A stretch of DNA of 64,000 nt, taken from Desulfobulbaceae bacterium (GTDB lineage: Bacteria > Desulfobacterota > Desulfobulbia > Desulfobulbales > Desulfocapsaceae). A program made the translations under genes and the position numbers. The stretch lies in NCBI GenBank assembly GCA_020049575.1, contig JAIFKM010000044.1:20722-84721 (forward strand), written 5' to 3'. This document shows positions 18,631 to 29,044 of the stretch, in pieces; positions within the stretch are counted from its first letter, which is position 1; each line of letters begins with the position of its first letter. Below the pieces are notes generated by a model that was not told the origin of the DNA, searched no databases, and was given only the letters and a program-made list of their open reading frames with translations.

Positions 18631-19920
18631 TTATTCGGGATTTTTCGAAACCAGTACCTTGTCTACACGATGACCATCCATATCAACTACCTCAAATCTG
18701 TACCCCTTTTCCACAATGGTATCAGTCTCGGCAGGAATTCGACCAAGCAAATGAATAACAAGTCCACCAACGGTAAAGTAAGCGTTTTGCTTTTCACCTG
18801 TGAATGCTTCATGAATGCTCAATTTCGTTTTTAAATGTTCTATTGAGGCACTTCCATCAACCAGCCATGAGCCATCCTGACGTTTGATAAAATCATCACC
18901 TTCGTGTTCCATGGCAGATGGTAAGCCTCCGACAATTGCCGTAAGAATATCGGTCAAAGTGACTAATCCCTGCAATTCACCATATTCATCAACAATCAAT
19001 GCGCTCTGAAGGTTAGTTTTTCTGAAACTTTCAATTACTTGTGCTGTAGAGAGTCCTTCCCACATAAAGAGCGGTGGATGCAGCATTTTTTCGATATCTA
19101 ATGGCTCATTCGCCAGGGCAGTTTTTAAGAGATCAGCCGTACGCAATAACCCCAGAATGTTTTCCAATCCGCCACGGCAGACAACGATGCGGCTATAGGT
19201 GCAATCAGCAAGGCTGTTGCGCAACTCTGAATCCGATTTGTTGAGATCGAGTGTATATATCTCGCTTCTCGGGGTCATTATTGCGCGCAAGTTTTGCTCG
19301 TCCAGGCGGAGGACATTTGCCACCAGACTCTGTTCGTTTTCATGAAACACACCTGCTTCAGTGCCCTGTGCCATCAGTAATCTGATTTCAGAATTGGTTA
19401 CAGGCGGGTCTTGAGAGGGCTTGTTATTGAGCAGCCGTAATAAAAGGGTTGAAGAGATAGAGAGGAGCCAGACCAATGGTTGAGCAACACGAGCGAGAAA
19501 CCTCATCGGCAGTGCGATCATAGACGCAATTTTTTCGGGAGCCAATAGCCCCATCCTTTTGGGTGCCAATTCCCCGACAACAACGGAGAAATACGTCAAT
19601 CCGATCACCACCGCTGTCATTGCTATTCCCCTGGCATAAGGTTCAATGATGGGAAATTCCATGAACCAGGCGGTGAGCGGGTCAGCCAGAGCTGTTTCAC
19701 CGATGGCTCCGCTTGATATTCCCACCATGGTGATGCCAACTTGAACGGTTGAAAGAAATGAAGAAGGCTCACTCTTCAATTTCAGAGCTGCTTGAGCGCC
19801 GCGATTATCGTCACTTGCAAGTTTCTGCAGGCGTGCGTTCCGAGATGAAATTACAGCGATTTCTGACATGGCGAAAAGACCATTCAGTAAAATGAGGAAG
19901 ACCAGAAGAGCAATATCCAT
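18631..19920 (-). CDS. Hemolysin/CNNM (DUF21-CBS-CorC) family transporter
   Basis: NGLFAMSEIA, STVQVGIT, GELAPK, MTPR, YSRI.V and VDEYG motifs plus a CorC_HlyC C-terminus. Confidence 0.9.
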   Translation of the reverse strand: MDIALLVFLILLNGLFAMSEIAVISSRNARLQKLASDDNRGAQAALKLKSEPSSFLSTVQVGITMVGISSGAIGETALADPLTAWFMEFPIIEPYARGIAMTAVVIGLTYFSVVVGELAPKRMGLLAPEKIASMIALPMRFLARVAQPLVWLLSISSTLLLRLLNNKPSQDPPVTNSEIRLLMAQGTEAGVFHENEQSLVANVLRLDEQNLRAIMTPRSEIYTLDLNKSDSELRNSLADCTYSRIVVCRGGLENILGLLRTADLLKTALANEPLDIEKMLHPPLFMWEGLSTAQVIESFRKTNLQSALIVDEYGELQGLVTLTDILTAIVGGLPSAMEHEGDDFIKRQDGSWLVDGSASIEHLKTKLSIHEAFTGEKQNAYFTVGGLVIHLLGRIPAETDTIVEKGYRFEVVDMDGHRVDKVLVSKNPE

Positions 19921-20194
19921 TGTGAGTTTGATCCTTAAAAATATCTTACTTGATGAGTTGGTTTCGCAACAACTGCCGCCTGCAGCGATAGTTGTTTTTT
20001 TCAGTATCAACTCTTTGAACTAATAGCATTGGAGCTCCGAGGAGCAGAACAACTGCACCGTCTGCAATGGTGGCGTATGGCAACAGCAGCATATGGCTGT
20101 GCGGCGAAAAAGGCTGGTTCTGCTTATTGCATGCGGTAGACCATAGTCACTGCCGTTTTGCTGGAGGTCTTGTCGAGGTGTGCGCGCTCAGTCT

Positions 20195-20971
20195 TTATTG
20201 TAGCTTCCACTGAGGAATTCTTTTTTCCAGAAAGGCGGCTACTCCTTCTTTTGCATCATCGGTGGTACAGAGTCGCCCAAAGGCTTCGTTCATGAACTGG
20301 AATTGTTTCTGATAATCCATGTCCTCGGATTGATAGAATGCACTTTTGGCAATCTGCACGGCAAGGGGACTTCTTTGTGCCAAATCCTCCGCCCAACTCA
20401 AGGCGGCCTCGTCGAGTTCTTCATGGGCGACTACTTTATTGACAAGGCCGAGTTCAAGGGCTTCCTGGGCTTTCAGAAGATTGCCGTAAAGAAGCAGCTC
20501 AAGGGCTTTTTTACGCCCAACGCAACGTGCGACCGGAAGGATCGGGCCAACACAATTGAGGCCGACATTGATAGCGGTAAGACCCATTTTCACCCGATCC
20601 GAGGCAATCGTCAGATCTGCCGCTACCGCAAGGCCCATGCCGTTGGCTGTGGCAACGCCTTGGAGTTGGGCAATGACAGGCTTTTTCATGTTGGAAATAG
20701 CCACCAGCGGATTTTCCATCCACTCTATCCACTGCCGATATTGTGTTGCAGATTTACCGGCAAGTTCCTTCACATCAATCCCGGCACAGAATGCCCGTCC
20801 GGAACTTTTGAGGAGAATAACCCTGACATTGGTATCTGCCTCCATGGCAAGGAGTGCGGCATGGAGTTCACCGGCCATCTGGCTGTTGAAAGTGTTTAAC
20901 TGTTCCGGGCGATTCAGGGTTATGATCCCTACATATTTTTTTGTAACTTCGACAAGAATTGTTTCAAACAC
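20195..20971 (-). CDS. Enoyl-CoA hydratase/isomerase (crotonase) family protein
   Basis: ITLNRPEQLN, AFCAGID, KKPVIA and EGVAAFLEKR.P.W motifs. Confidence 0.9.
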   Translation of the reverse strand: MFETILVEVTKKYVGIITLNRPEQLNTFNSQMAGELHAALLAMEADTNVRVILLKSSGRAFCAGIDVKELAGKSATQYRQWIEWMENPLVAISNMKKPVIAQLQGVATANGMGLAVAADLTIASDRVKMGLTAINVGLNCVGPILPVARCVGRKKALELLLYGNLLKAQEALELGLVNKVVAHEELDEAALSWAEDLAQRSPLAVQIAKSAFYQSEDMDYQKQFQFMNEAFGRLCTTDDAKEGVAAFLEKRIPQWKLQ

Positions 20972-21654
20972 AATAAGATACCTCCATTATAAGATTTTAA
21001 GTTGTATTTCACGGTTCAGGCTGTCTCACTTCCCAGACCACCTCAAGACAAATGAAAATCCATTCTCAATCATTCTTTGCTATATCATAAATGACAGGAT
21101 GTTACCCGGAAAGATGATTAATTTTATCCGAATGCCGTGTTGCTTGCCGTCAGGATGCATCGGTGGCGAAAGAGGCCTTTGAAAAAGAATTCCATTTGAT
21201 GTGCTCTCGAGAATTGTGGGGGATATTCTCTCTCAGGGTGGGATCGAAAAATATGGCGTTACGTACTGACTGCTGATGATATCATTGCCAGAATTCACTT
21301 GAAAGGGTAGGTTCGACCCGTGCATCCAGAGGCCTCTGTTGAGAAGAAGATCTGGGTTTGAGCCTCAATGAAGTTAGGTTTTTTTTATCTTGCATTTCAA
21401 CCAGTAGAAGGAGAACTCCATGCAGAGAACTGTACCGGGCGTGGAATCCCGGTGTTCGAAGCTTGTTGGCCGTATTTGCCTCAATGATGGGAAGAACAAT
21501 TGGTCAGCCAGAATTGTGTTCCGGGAAAATACCCGTAAGAAGAGCAGGGCGGTGGAGTTCATGCGGAATTGCGGTGGAAACAGTGGATCAGCAGGGGAAA
21601 CGAAGGGCTTAATGGCCGTTTTCCTCCGCCCAGATCAAGGGGGAAGAGTCTGAG

Positions 21655-23151
21655 ATGGAGCGAGATAACAGACCGGTACTGGTGCTTGGTGCTACGGGCT
21701 ATGTGGGTGGTCGATTGGTGCCTTTCCTTCTTGATCGCGGCTGGAAGGTCCGCGCGGCCGGCCGTTCCGATCGCAAGATCCAAGGCCGGCCATGGGGGAG
21801 CCATCCCAATCTGGAGATCGTCGTCGCCGATGCCCTGGACACAGCGGTTCTCACCGAGGCCATGCGCGGCTGTCGGGCGGTGTTCTATCTTATTCACTCT
21901 GTCAGGCCCGGGGAACAGGATTTCGCCACCCTGGATCGACATATTGCCTATTCTACTGTCCACGCTGCGCGCGAAGCAGGAGTGGACTGGATTATCCATT
22001 TTACCGGTCTCGGTAACCCGGCGCATCTCTCAAAGCAGCTGCGTTCACGCTACGAGGTCGGTGAAATCCTCTCCCTGGGCGGTGCCAAGGTGACGCAATT
22101 GCGTGCGCCGCTGGTCCTGGGTTCGGGTGGAGCATCTTTCGAGATGATCCAGGCTTTCTGCGGCCATCTGCGGGTAATGTTCGCTCCGCGCTGGATGGAT
22201 GCCAAGTGCCAGCCAATCGCTATCGCCAACGTGGTCGAGTATCTGGCAGGCTGCCTGGAACACCCGGAGATGGCCGGACAGGTCTATGAGATCGGCGGTC
22301 CGGAAGTGCTCGCCTGGCGTGAACTCTTTCGCATCTATGCCGAGGAGGCCGGACTGCCGGAACGCCTCATCCTGGTGCTGCCCATGCGGATCCACAGAAT
22401 TTCCATCTGGTGGATGAATCTGGTTACGCCGGTGTCTGTGGCGCTCATCCGGCCTCTGGTTGAGCGCATGCGCGATGAAATCCTTTGCCGCGATGAACGC
22501 ATCCGCGAGATAGTTCCGCAGAAGCTTCTCTCCTGTCGTGATGCTATCACCAAGGCTCTGGGCGAGGTGTATCGGAACGAGGTGGCCTCAAGCTGCTTCG
22601 ACGCGGGCTCCACCCGTCTGCCGGAATGGGTCGGTGGGCAGGATAAAGCCGAGACCAGAGTTTTCCGCGACACCTTTTCCATAACGCTGGATGGCCCGCC
22701 GGAACTTGCCTGGAATGTGGTGAAGCGCATCGGTGGCGATGCCGGCTGGTATTTCGGCACGTTTCTCTGGCGCATGCGCGGTTTTGTCGACGAGTTGCTG
22801 GGTGGTCCGGGCCTGTCCCGGGGGCGCCGCCACGTGGATTCGGTTGCTATGGGCGATCACTTGGATTTCTGGCGGGTGGTGGCGGTGGAAGAACCTTGCC
22901 GCCTCCTGCTGCGGGCCGAGATGCTTGCTCCTGGCGAGGCCCACCTGGAGTTCCGGGTCCAGGCGCTGCCGGACGGATCCACTGAACTGCGCATGACCCC
23001 GAGTTTCGAGCCGCGGGGATTCTGGGGAAAGGTCTATTGGTGGATCATCGCCCCGTCCCACTCCTTGATGTTCAAACCTATGCTCAGGCAGATGGTAAAA
23101 ACTGCCGGCGTCCGTGTCTTGAGTGGCCCATTCTGCATCACGGAAGACTGA
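21655..23151 (+). CDS. Atypical SDR NAD(P)-binding protein with C-terminal DUF2867 (YbjT-like)
   Basis: GATGYVGGRL, CQPIAI, IGG..GWY, GD.LDFWRV and LRAEM..PGEA.LEF motifs. Confidence 0.87.
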   Translation: MERDNRPVLVLGATGYVGGRLVPFLLDRGWKVRAAGRSDRKIQGRPWGSHPNLEIVVADALDTAVLTEAMRGCRAVFYLIHSVRPGEQDFATLDRHIAYSTVHAAREAGVDWIIHFTGLGNPAHLSKQLRSRYEVGEILSLGGAKVTQLRAPLVLGSGGASFEMIQAFCGHLRVMFAPRWMDAKCQPIAIANVVEYLAGCLEHPEMAGQVYEIGGPEVLAWRELFRIYAEEAGLPERLILVLPMRIHRISIWWMNLVTPVSVALIRPLVERMRDEILCRDERIREIVPQKLLSCRDAITKALGEVYRNEVASSCFDAGSTRLPEWVGGQDKAETRVFRDTFSITLDGPPELAWNVVKRIGGDAGWYFGTFLWRMRGFVDELLGGPGLSRGRRHVDSVAMGDHLDFWRVVAVEEPCRLLLRAEMLAPGEAHLEFRVQALPDGSTELRMTPSFEPRGFWGKVYWWIIAPSHSLMFKPMLRQMVKTAGVRVLSGPFCITED

Positions 23152-23227
23152 TCCGCAGGGCTCCCAGGTATATACCTCGCCGCGGTGCGGATTTGTTCCC
23201 CATCGCGGCCCTCATTGATCAGGATCG

Positions 23228-23656
23228 ATGAAATCAAAACTTGTTGTGCTTCTCGCGTTGTTCTCTTTGGCGGCCTGTATGGCACAGCCTCTTCTCCTGC
23301 CGAGAGAGAATCTTGACTACAGTCGGATTCTGCTGGAACAAATCAACCTGTATCGTATGAATAATGGGCTGAATTCGCTGCGGATCGATCCGGTGCTTGG
23401 TCAATTGGCAAAAGAGCACAGTTCGCACATGTTTCAAAAAAGGAGGATCAATCACCGAAATTTCGATGAGCGTTCAGACAAGGCCGGAAGCTGCCTTTGT
23501 GTGGAAAACGTCGGCTGGAACTATGATTCGCCATTGAAACTGTTTGATGACTGGCAGAGGTCGAGGGGGCATAATCGGAATATGCTGAAAATGGAGATTA
23601 CCCGGGTTGGCATCGCCGAGACTGGCAAATATGTTACTTTCTTTGCATGCAGGTAG
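23228..23656 (+). CDS. CAP/SCP-domain lipoprotein
   Basis: Lipobox LAAC; INLYR..NGL, A..HS..M, ENVG and W..SRGH.RNML motifs. Confidence 0.85.
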   Translation: MKSKLVVLLALFSLAACMAQPLLLPRENLDYSRILLEQINLYRMNNGLNSLRIDPVLGQLAKEHSSHMFQKRRINHRNFDERSDKAGSCLCVENVGWNYDSPLKLFDDWQRSRGHNRNMLKMEITRVGIAETGKYVTFFACR

Positions 23657-23803
23657 AGCCACACAGCCACTTTCTGCGGTAACGGAAAAAACGGTTGTCA
23701 ACTACTCGATGGTTGAAAATCACAGACGGCTTGATATACGATTATTACGATACTATTCGCTATACATTACAGTGCTGTCTTGGCAACATGGTTGAGGTGT
23801 GGA

Positions 23804-24331
23804 ATGAATCTTAGAAGATTATCGAAGAGTTTACTCGTAATTGTCCTGTTGTTTCTCATATCTGCCTGCTCGCGAGACTCTCACCAACCTGAAGAAATCG
23901 GGCGATTTCCCGTTGATGATTTGGCAGGAATCCTCAGCCAAACTGGTGTGCAGATCGACAAGGAGATCTCAAGCGACGGCAAGGGGTCATTACTCATTAC
24001 GGCAAACGAGCCTGTCACCGTGAAACTGTATGAAACCGGGGATATTCATCTCGAAAAAACGCAATTGATCTATCAAGCCCGACTTCGCACCAAGGATGTC
24101 GAAGGACAGGTGTATCTCGAAATGTGGTGTAGTTTCCCCGGGAAAGGGGAGTTTTTCTCCCGCGCTCTGCAAACGCCGCTTTCAGGCAATAACGAATGGA
24201 TGTCGCAGCAGACCGCTTTCATCCTGCAGAAAGGTGAAAATCCCGATAACGTAAAATTGAATCTTGTTATCGCAGGGAAAGGAAAAGTCTGGATAGATGA
24301 TATCCGATTGTTGATGTCACCTTTGCAATGA
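23804..24331 (+). CDS. Hypothetical lipoprotein (beta-sandwich, carbohydrate-binding-like)
   Basis: Lipobox LISAC; C-terminal GKGKVWIDDIRL typical of galactose-binding-like folds. Confidence 0.65.
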   Translation: MNLRRLSKSLLVIVLLFLISACSRDSHQPEEIGRFPVDDLAGILSQTGVQIDKEISSDGKGSLLITANEPVTVKLYETGDIHLEKTQLIYQARLRTKDVEGQVYLEMWCSFPGKGEFFSRALQTPLSGNNEWMSQQTAFILQKGENPDNVKLNLVIAGKGKVWIDDIRLLMSPLQ

Positions 24332-24430
24332 CTTGACACCACCTGTAGCCACTACCCCGGCACGGCTGAACGAGCCACGTCTGCCATCTCCGCCAACGTA
24401 CTTCGGTTTGCCAAAGCGGAAGGAAAGGAA

Positions 24431-25876
24431 TTACTTTTCCTTTTTCTGGACAGGGTGTTCGGCACTTTTTTCACTTTCTGATAGTCCGGTTTTATGCAGA
24501 GTTCCACGAAACCATGAAAAATAGACACCTGCAAGACAGAGCGTGGCAGATATGAAAAACACCGTGTGCATGCTTCTGAGGAACAGGTCATAATTGTCTG
24601 GCTGTATGGCCTGATGGCCGATGATCAGAGCAAGAACAACGGTAGCCATAGCCATGCTGAACATCTGGCCGAGCAGGCGCATCGTTGCCACCGCCCCGGA
24701 GGCCAAGCCGTAATGGCGTTTTTCCACCGCTCCCATGATCGCGCTCATATTCGGGGAACTGAAGAGGGCAAAGCCGGTACCGAGCAGAACTAAGTTGGCA
24801 ACAATGAGAGGAAGCCCGGTTTCCCCGGTGAGTGTTGAAAACAGTGATACGCCGATGACGGTAATGATCATGCCGGCAGTGGCGATCAGTCGCGGTTCGA
24901 TACGATCCGACAACCTGCCGGCAATCGGCGAAAGCAGCGCCATCATAACGGGCTGCGCCATCAGAACAGTACCGGCAGCCTGGGGTGACAAACCTTTTAT
25001 ATATTGGAGGTACAGGCTTAACAGGAAGGTGACGGCAAAGGTGGCAGAATAGTTGAGCAGAGCCGCAACACTCGAAAATGCGAAGGCCTTGTTGGCGGCA
25101 AAAAGCTCCATGTCAAAGACCGGAAAACGAGCGGTCAGTTGGTGACGGACAAAGACAAAGAAGAGCAGAGCGCCTGAAATCAGCAGGATGGTGCCGATCG
25201 CCGATGGCAGCCGGGAGGCGCCATAGACCAGGGCGAGAATGGCAGTGGCGTAGAGCAGGCAGCCGGTGATATCGAGTTGCTGTCCAGGTTCACCCAGCCA
25301 CTCCCCCCTGAGATAAAACAGGGTGAGGGCAAACGAAAAAAAACCAAGGGGCAGCATGATAAGAAAGATACTGCGCCAGCCAAAATACTGGGTGAGCAGA
25401 CCACCGACGAATGGCCCGACAGACAGGCCAATATACACAGCTGAGACATAGATGCCAATCACCCGCCCTCGTCTGTTCGGTGGAAATATCGAAGTAAGGA
25501 TGGCCATGCCGGTAGTGACGAACATGGCCGCGCCTAAGCCCTGAAGAACCCTGGTCGCAATAAGCAGGGATGCTGAGTCAACAAAGGCGGCGGCTCCTGA
25601 ACCGAGGGTATATACCCCGAGACCAGCCGCAAAAACCTTTTTTCGTCCGTGGATGTCGGCAATTTTCCCAGCTGGAACCAGGCCAACAGCCACCGCCAGC
25701 AGATAGGCGGTGGCGATCCAGCTGAGTTGGACGGCATCCATCCGGAGATCTGCCTGGATTGCTGGAAGAGCGACGTTCACCGAGGAAATCATGAACGGCC
25801 CGATGAATGATGTCAGGGTCGCAACAATCAAAGCCGATCGTTCGAGAGCAGTGTCGCGGTGTTTGGCATTTTCCAC
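24431..25876 (-). CDS. MFS transporter, DHA2 (14-TM) type
   Basis: VNVALP.I, GKIADIHGRK, R.LQGLG, GWRSIF and GRLSDRI motifs. Confidence 0.9.
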   Translation of the reverse strand: MENAKHRDTALERSALIVATLTSFIGPFMISSVNVALPAIQADLRMDAVQLSWIATAYLLAVAVGLVPAGKIADIHGRKKVFAAGLGVYTLGSGAAAFVDSASLLIATRVLQGLGAAMFVTTGMAILTSIFPPNRRGRVIGIYVSAVYIGLSVGPFVGGLLTQYFGWRSIFLIMLPLGFFSFALTLFYLRGEWLGEPGQQLDITGCLLYATAILALVYGASRLPSAIGTILLISGALLFFVFVRHQLTARFPVFDMELFAANKAFAFSSVAALLNYSATFAVTFLLSLYLQYIKGLSPQAAGTVLMAQPVMMALLSPIAGRLSDRIEPRLIATAGMIITVIGVSLFSTLTGETGLPLIVANLVLLGTGFALFSSPNMSAIMGAVEKRHYGLASGAVATMRLLGQMFSMAMATVVLALIIGHQAIQPDNYDLFLRSMHTVFFISATLCLAGVYFSWFRGTLHKTGLSESEKSAEHPVQKKEK

Positions 25877-26220
25877 GAGTGTTTCCTTGTCTATTTGAAA
25901 GTTATTTCATTTCATGAGCAGCCAGCTACCTCAGCTCATCATCCATGTGTCAGAGGCTACCAGGGGATATGGAGAGTATGCCGGTGGACGTTGACAAATT
26001 CAACAACGATTTTTTACGCTTGTGATGTTGTGAAAAAAGCTGCACGTAGTATGGAAATAGAAAGGACAACAGAAAATGTCCGGCGGGAAATGAGTGAAGA
26101 GATCAAGGATTGGCAGTGGGAAAATGAGAGTAGAGAATTTTTTTCAGTAATTGGGATGATTTCGAGGCACTTGGCAGAAGGTGTAGTCAATCTTTTTGCG
26201 AAGTATCTCAGGCGTATTGT

Positions 26221-26577
26221 TCAATTCTCAGGGAGATACAGAACTTCAAGCAACAGCGAAATTGCCTGCTCATCCAGTTCGCCAAACTTGACTCCCACAT
26301 TCTTAGTAGGTGGCGAAATAAAAGTGATCAGATTTTCATTGTATTCACGTACATGTTTGACGGCTACTTTCTTCATGTAAATCTGTGTCTCCGCAACAAG
26401 TATATCGACCGTCCACTCAGTTGGAAAAGACTCATTTGCGTTGCACCTGAAGGACAAGCCGCCTGTGCTAATGTCAAGAATCTGATGGACGCCGCTGGGG
26501 TTTACCAGAAAGACATCGTTTAAGCATTTCTTCCTGATCGTCCTTCTCCGTTCTTGAAATACTGGTTGAGTCACCAT
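26221..26577 (-). CDS. PilZ domain protein (c-di-GMP receptor)
   Basis: RRTIR (RxxxR) and DISTGG (DxSxxG) motifs; AGGAGG before ATG 26577. Confidence 0.8.
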   Translation of the reverse strand: MVTQPVFQERRRTIRKKCLNDVFLVNPSGVHQILDISTGGLSFRCNANESFPTEWTVDILVAETQIYMKKVAVKHVREYNENLITFISPPTKNVGVKFGELDEQAISLLLEVLYLPEN

Positions 26578-26796
26578 CTTTTCCTCCTTCTGCTGAGGCG
26601 ACTGTCTGGCTCTGCTGGAGGCGGTATGGGGAAATTTCCGCCTATAATTTAAGAGTGTATTCATTGACGCAGGCACAGTCAATTGGAAGACGGTGCATTG
26701 GGTTTTCTGCAATATTGCCGGAAGTGTGGTGGAAACCTCCTTTTCGCCAACACTTTTCCCGCGCCAAGGTTGCTCTGTGGTGGAGATAGGCGATAT

Positions 26797-28149
26797 TCAG
26801 CCAATCAGAAGAAAATAGACTATTGCCACCAAACTGACGAGAATCTGCAGGGACCGGCAGAAACCTGTTTGACCTGATTCGCTCTGTTTCTGGCGGAAGA
26901 GGGCGATGACATAGAAACTGCCAAGGCAACCGAGAGCGAGGATGAGTATCTCCAGCAGGCTGATGGCGCTGGCGGGGATGACAAAGGAGTAGTGTTCAAT
27001 TGTCAGGCCGAATTGTCGCGTCAGGACGGTTGGGAAATTTCCAGCTTCGCCGAGAAGGTATTTGAGACGATAGATGAGCTCTCCGCTGAAGGCGAGGGGC
27101 GTGAGAACCGGAATCATTGGTGAACAATGTATCGGCAGACTGCTGCGTCGCATGCCGAGCAGGCGGTTGCCGAGGGTGATGATGCCGAGAAATACGGCAA
27201 AGCAGAATATAAGCAGCAAAGAGAAAGACAGGGCCGGCGGGCCGAAGAGTGGTGGAATAAGACTCTGATATTTGGCGTCCTCGACGATAAATCTGGCCCA
27301 TTGCGAGCCGGCCAGGAAGGGGATGATGAAGGTGCAGGTGAGATCCCGTCCCTTTATCGCCAAGAGTTCGACAAAGGGGTTGCGCAGAAGCAGCCTTGGT
27401 GATTCGCGTTCGCAGAGCAGGACGCAGCGTCCGCAAAGCAGGCAGTCGAGGCTGTTTTTTATGTTGTGGGCACCCAGATACACCGGGCAACCCCGCAGGC
27501 CCGGACGACCTTTCTTGCAGGCGGTCGTGTCGCATGATCGACAGAGATCGGGCGTGGCTCTGAGTTCGATCATCGACATGGTGGCTCCCGCCCCGATCAC
27601 TTTACCAAGAGGACACACATACCGGCACCAGGCCTGCCCTTTGAAGAGCATGGCCATCACGGTTGCACCGGTCAGGATTGAGAGCAGCAGCAAGGCGGTG
27701 CCGAGGGGGCTGTTTTTCAGATCGGTCACCGTTTCGGCCCAGATGATGGCGGCGAAGAGCAGGACGGCGATATGGATGAAATAGCGCCGCAGGGCGTGAG
27801 GCGGATCAAGGTTGAGGCTGAGACCATATCGCTGCAGTAGGCGACCGATGCCGAGGAAGGGACAGACGCCGCACCAGAGCTTACCGACGAAAAACCAGCT
27901 CAAAACCACGCCGGACCACCAGATCCCCCAGGCCAGGAACAGGGAAATATTTTTCCCGGGGTCCTGGGGACCAAATATGCCAAGCAGAATGAGTGCGCTG
28001 AAAGCGAAGTCGCCGAAGGTTCGCAGGAAGGCCATATTCCTGCGGTTCTTGAAAAAGCTGCGGATGATTGGAAATGCCGTAAAGAGGTCGAGCCGGGCTG
28101 CCGGGTCAAAGGTGAAAAGGATGCGAAACAGCGCTCTGAGTTTCTGCAT
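26797..28149 (-). CDS. Membrane polyferredoxin (NapH/MauN-type 4Fe-4S binding protein)
   Basis: GKLWCGVCP, WCRYVCPLG, C..C....C...CP and CLLCGRCVLLC motifs among TM helices. Confidence 0.83.
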   Translation of the reverse strand: MQKLRALFRILFTFDPAARLDLFTAFPIIRSFFKNRRNMAFLRTFGDFAFSALILLGIFGPQDPGKNISLFLAWGIWWSGVVLSWFFVGKLWCGVCPFLGIGRLLQRYGLSLNLDPPHALRRYFIHIAVLLFAAIIWAETVTDLKNSPLGTALLLLSILTGATVMAMLFKGQAWCRYVCPLGKVIGAGATMSMIELRATPDLCRSCDTTACKKGRPGLRGCPVYLGAHNIKNSLDCLLCGRCVLLCERESPRLLLRNPFVELLAIKGRDLTCTFIIPFLAGSQWARFIVEDAKYQSLIPPLFGPPALSFSLLLIFCFAVFLGIITLGNRLLGMRRSSLPIHCSPMIPVLTPLAFSGELIYRLKYLLGEAGNFPTVLTRQFGLTIEHYSFVIPASAISLLEILILALGCLGSFYVIALFRQKQSESGQTGFCRSLQILVSLVAIVYFLLIG

Positions 28150-28413
28150 GGCGATGAGGTGGAGGTTGAAACGGGGTGCCGGGAGGGCGTTTCGCACTAT
28201 TTCATCGAGGAGCCTTGTGATGTATATCAAGATGGTACCGGATTTTCGGCGTAGCACAAAGCTATTTTAGTATTTCATTGTAAAGTGTAATTGATTTTTT
28301 CTGAAAGATAATCGTAGTGGAATGGGATAAAAAGAGAAGAAAAGCCTTTTCTGCCTGAAGGAACGACACGGTATCCTGCTGATATACCATCACCACAAAG
28401 GAGTCTCTATCCC

Positions 28414-28893
28414 ATGCAAATCATCTCAATCATCTGCCGTCTCGCCTGTGCCTGCTGGTTTGGGGGTGCTGCCCTTTTTACCTTTGTCCTGACTCCGGTT
28501 ATTTTCGCCTCGTATTCCAGAGACGTGGCCGGCGGAATAGTCGGTGTCCTTTTTCCCGGCTATTTCCGCTGGGGCCTGGTCTGCGGCGTTGTGGCCCTGA
28601 GCTGTCTGCTTGTGTCAGAGGGGCGCCGGCAACGGGCGACAGTATGGATTCTCTTCGCCATGCTGATCGTGACCGCCATCCAGGCTTTTGTCATAGAACC
28701 GCAGGCAGCGAGGCTGAAGGGTAAAATTTCCTCTTTTGAAAATACCGCCCCCGATCATCCCCTGCGCCAAGAGTTCCGTCGGCTACATGGCCTCTCAGCC
28801 GCCGCTAACCTCTCCGTGATCGGGGGTGGGGCCATAGTCCTCGTGCTGTTGTCCGGAGGAAGAAAGCGGAAGAATGAGGATCTGACCTTCTGA
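28414..28893 (+). CDS. DUF4149 membrane protein
   Basis: W.GG...F....PVIF, AG.IV..LFP.YF and F..LHG.S...N motifs; 4 TM segments. Confidence 0.78.
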   Translation: MQIISIICRLACACWFGGAALFTFVLTPVIFASYSRDVAGGIVGVLFPGYFRWGLVCGVVALSCLLVSEGRRQRATVWILFAMLIVTAIQAFVIEPQAARLKGKISSFENTAPDHPLRQEFRRLHGLSAAANLSVIGGGAIVLVLLSGGRKRKNEDLTF

Positions 28894-29044
28894 GGCCCTC
28901 TGGCAGATCCCGGGCAGCCTTGATTTTTCATGAGAAATGCTGAACGTGTTGCTCTACTGAGCAGTCGGCTGGTGGCGGCTAGGCTGCCTGCGCTGACAGT
29001 TGCCATGCTTGATCCGGAATTTCGCCACGTACGACTGGAATGTC

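Noticed and set aside
21183-21310. Possible frameshifted gene remnant or TGA (selenocysteine) read-through
   Set aside because: Read-through gives nothing meaningful; the frameshifted peptide is short and unrecognised.
25859-26380. 173-aa + strand ORF between the MFS and PilZ genes
   Set aside because: Overlaps both neighbours and has no recognisable motif.
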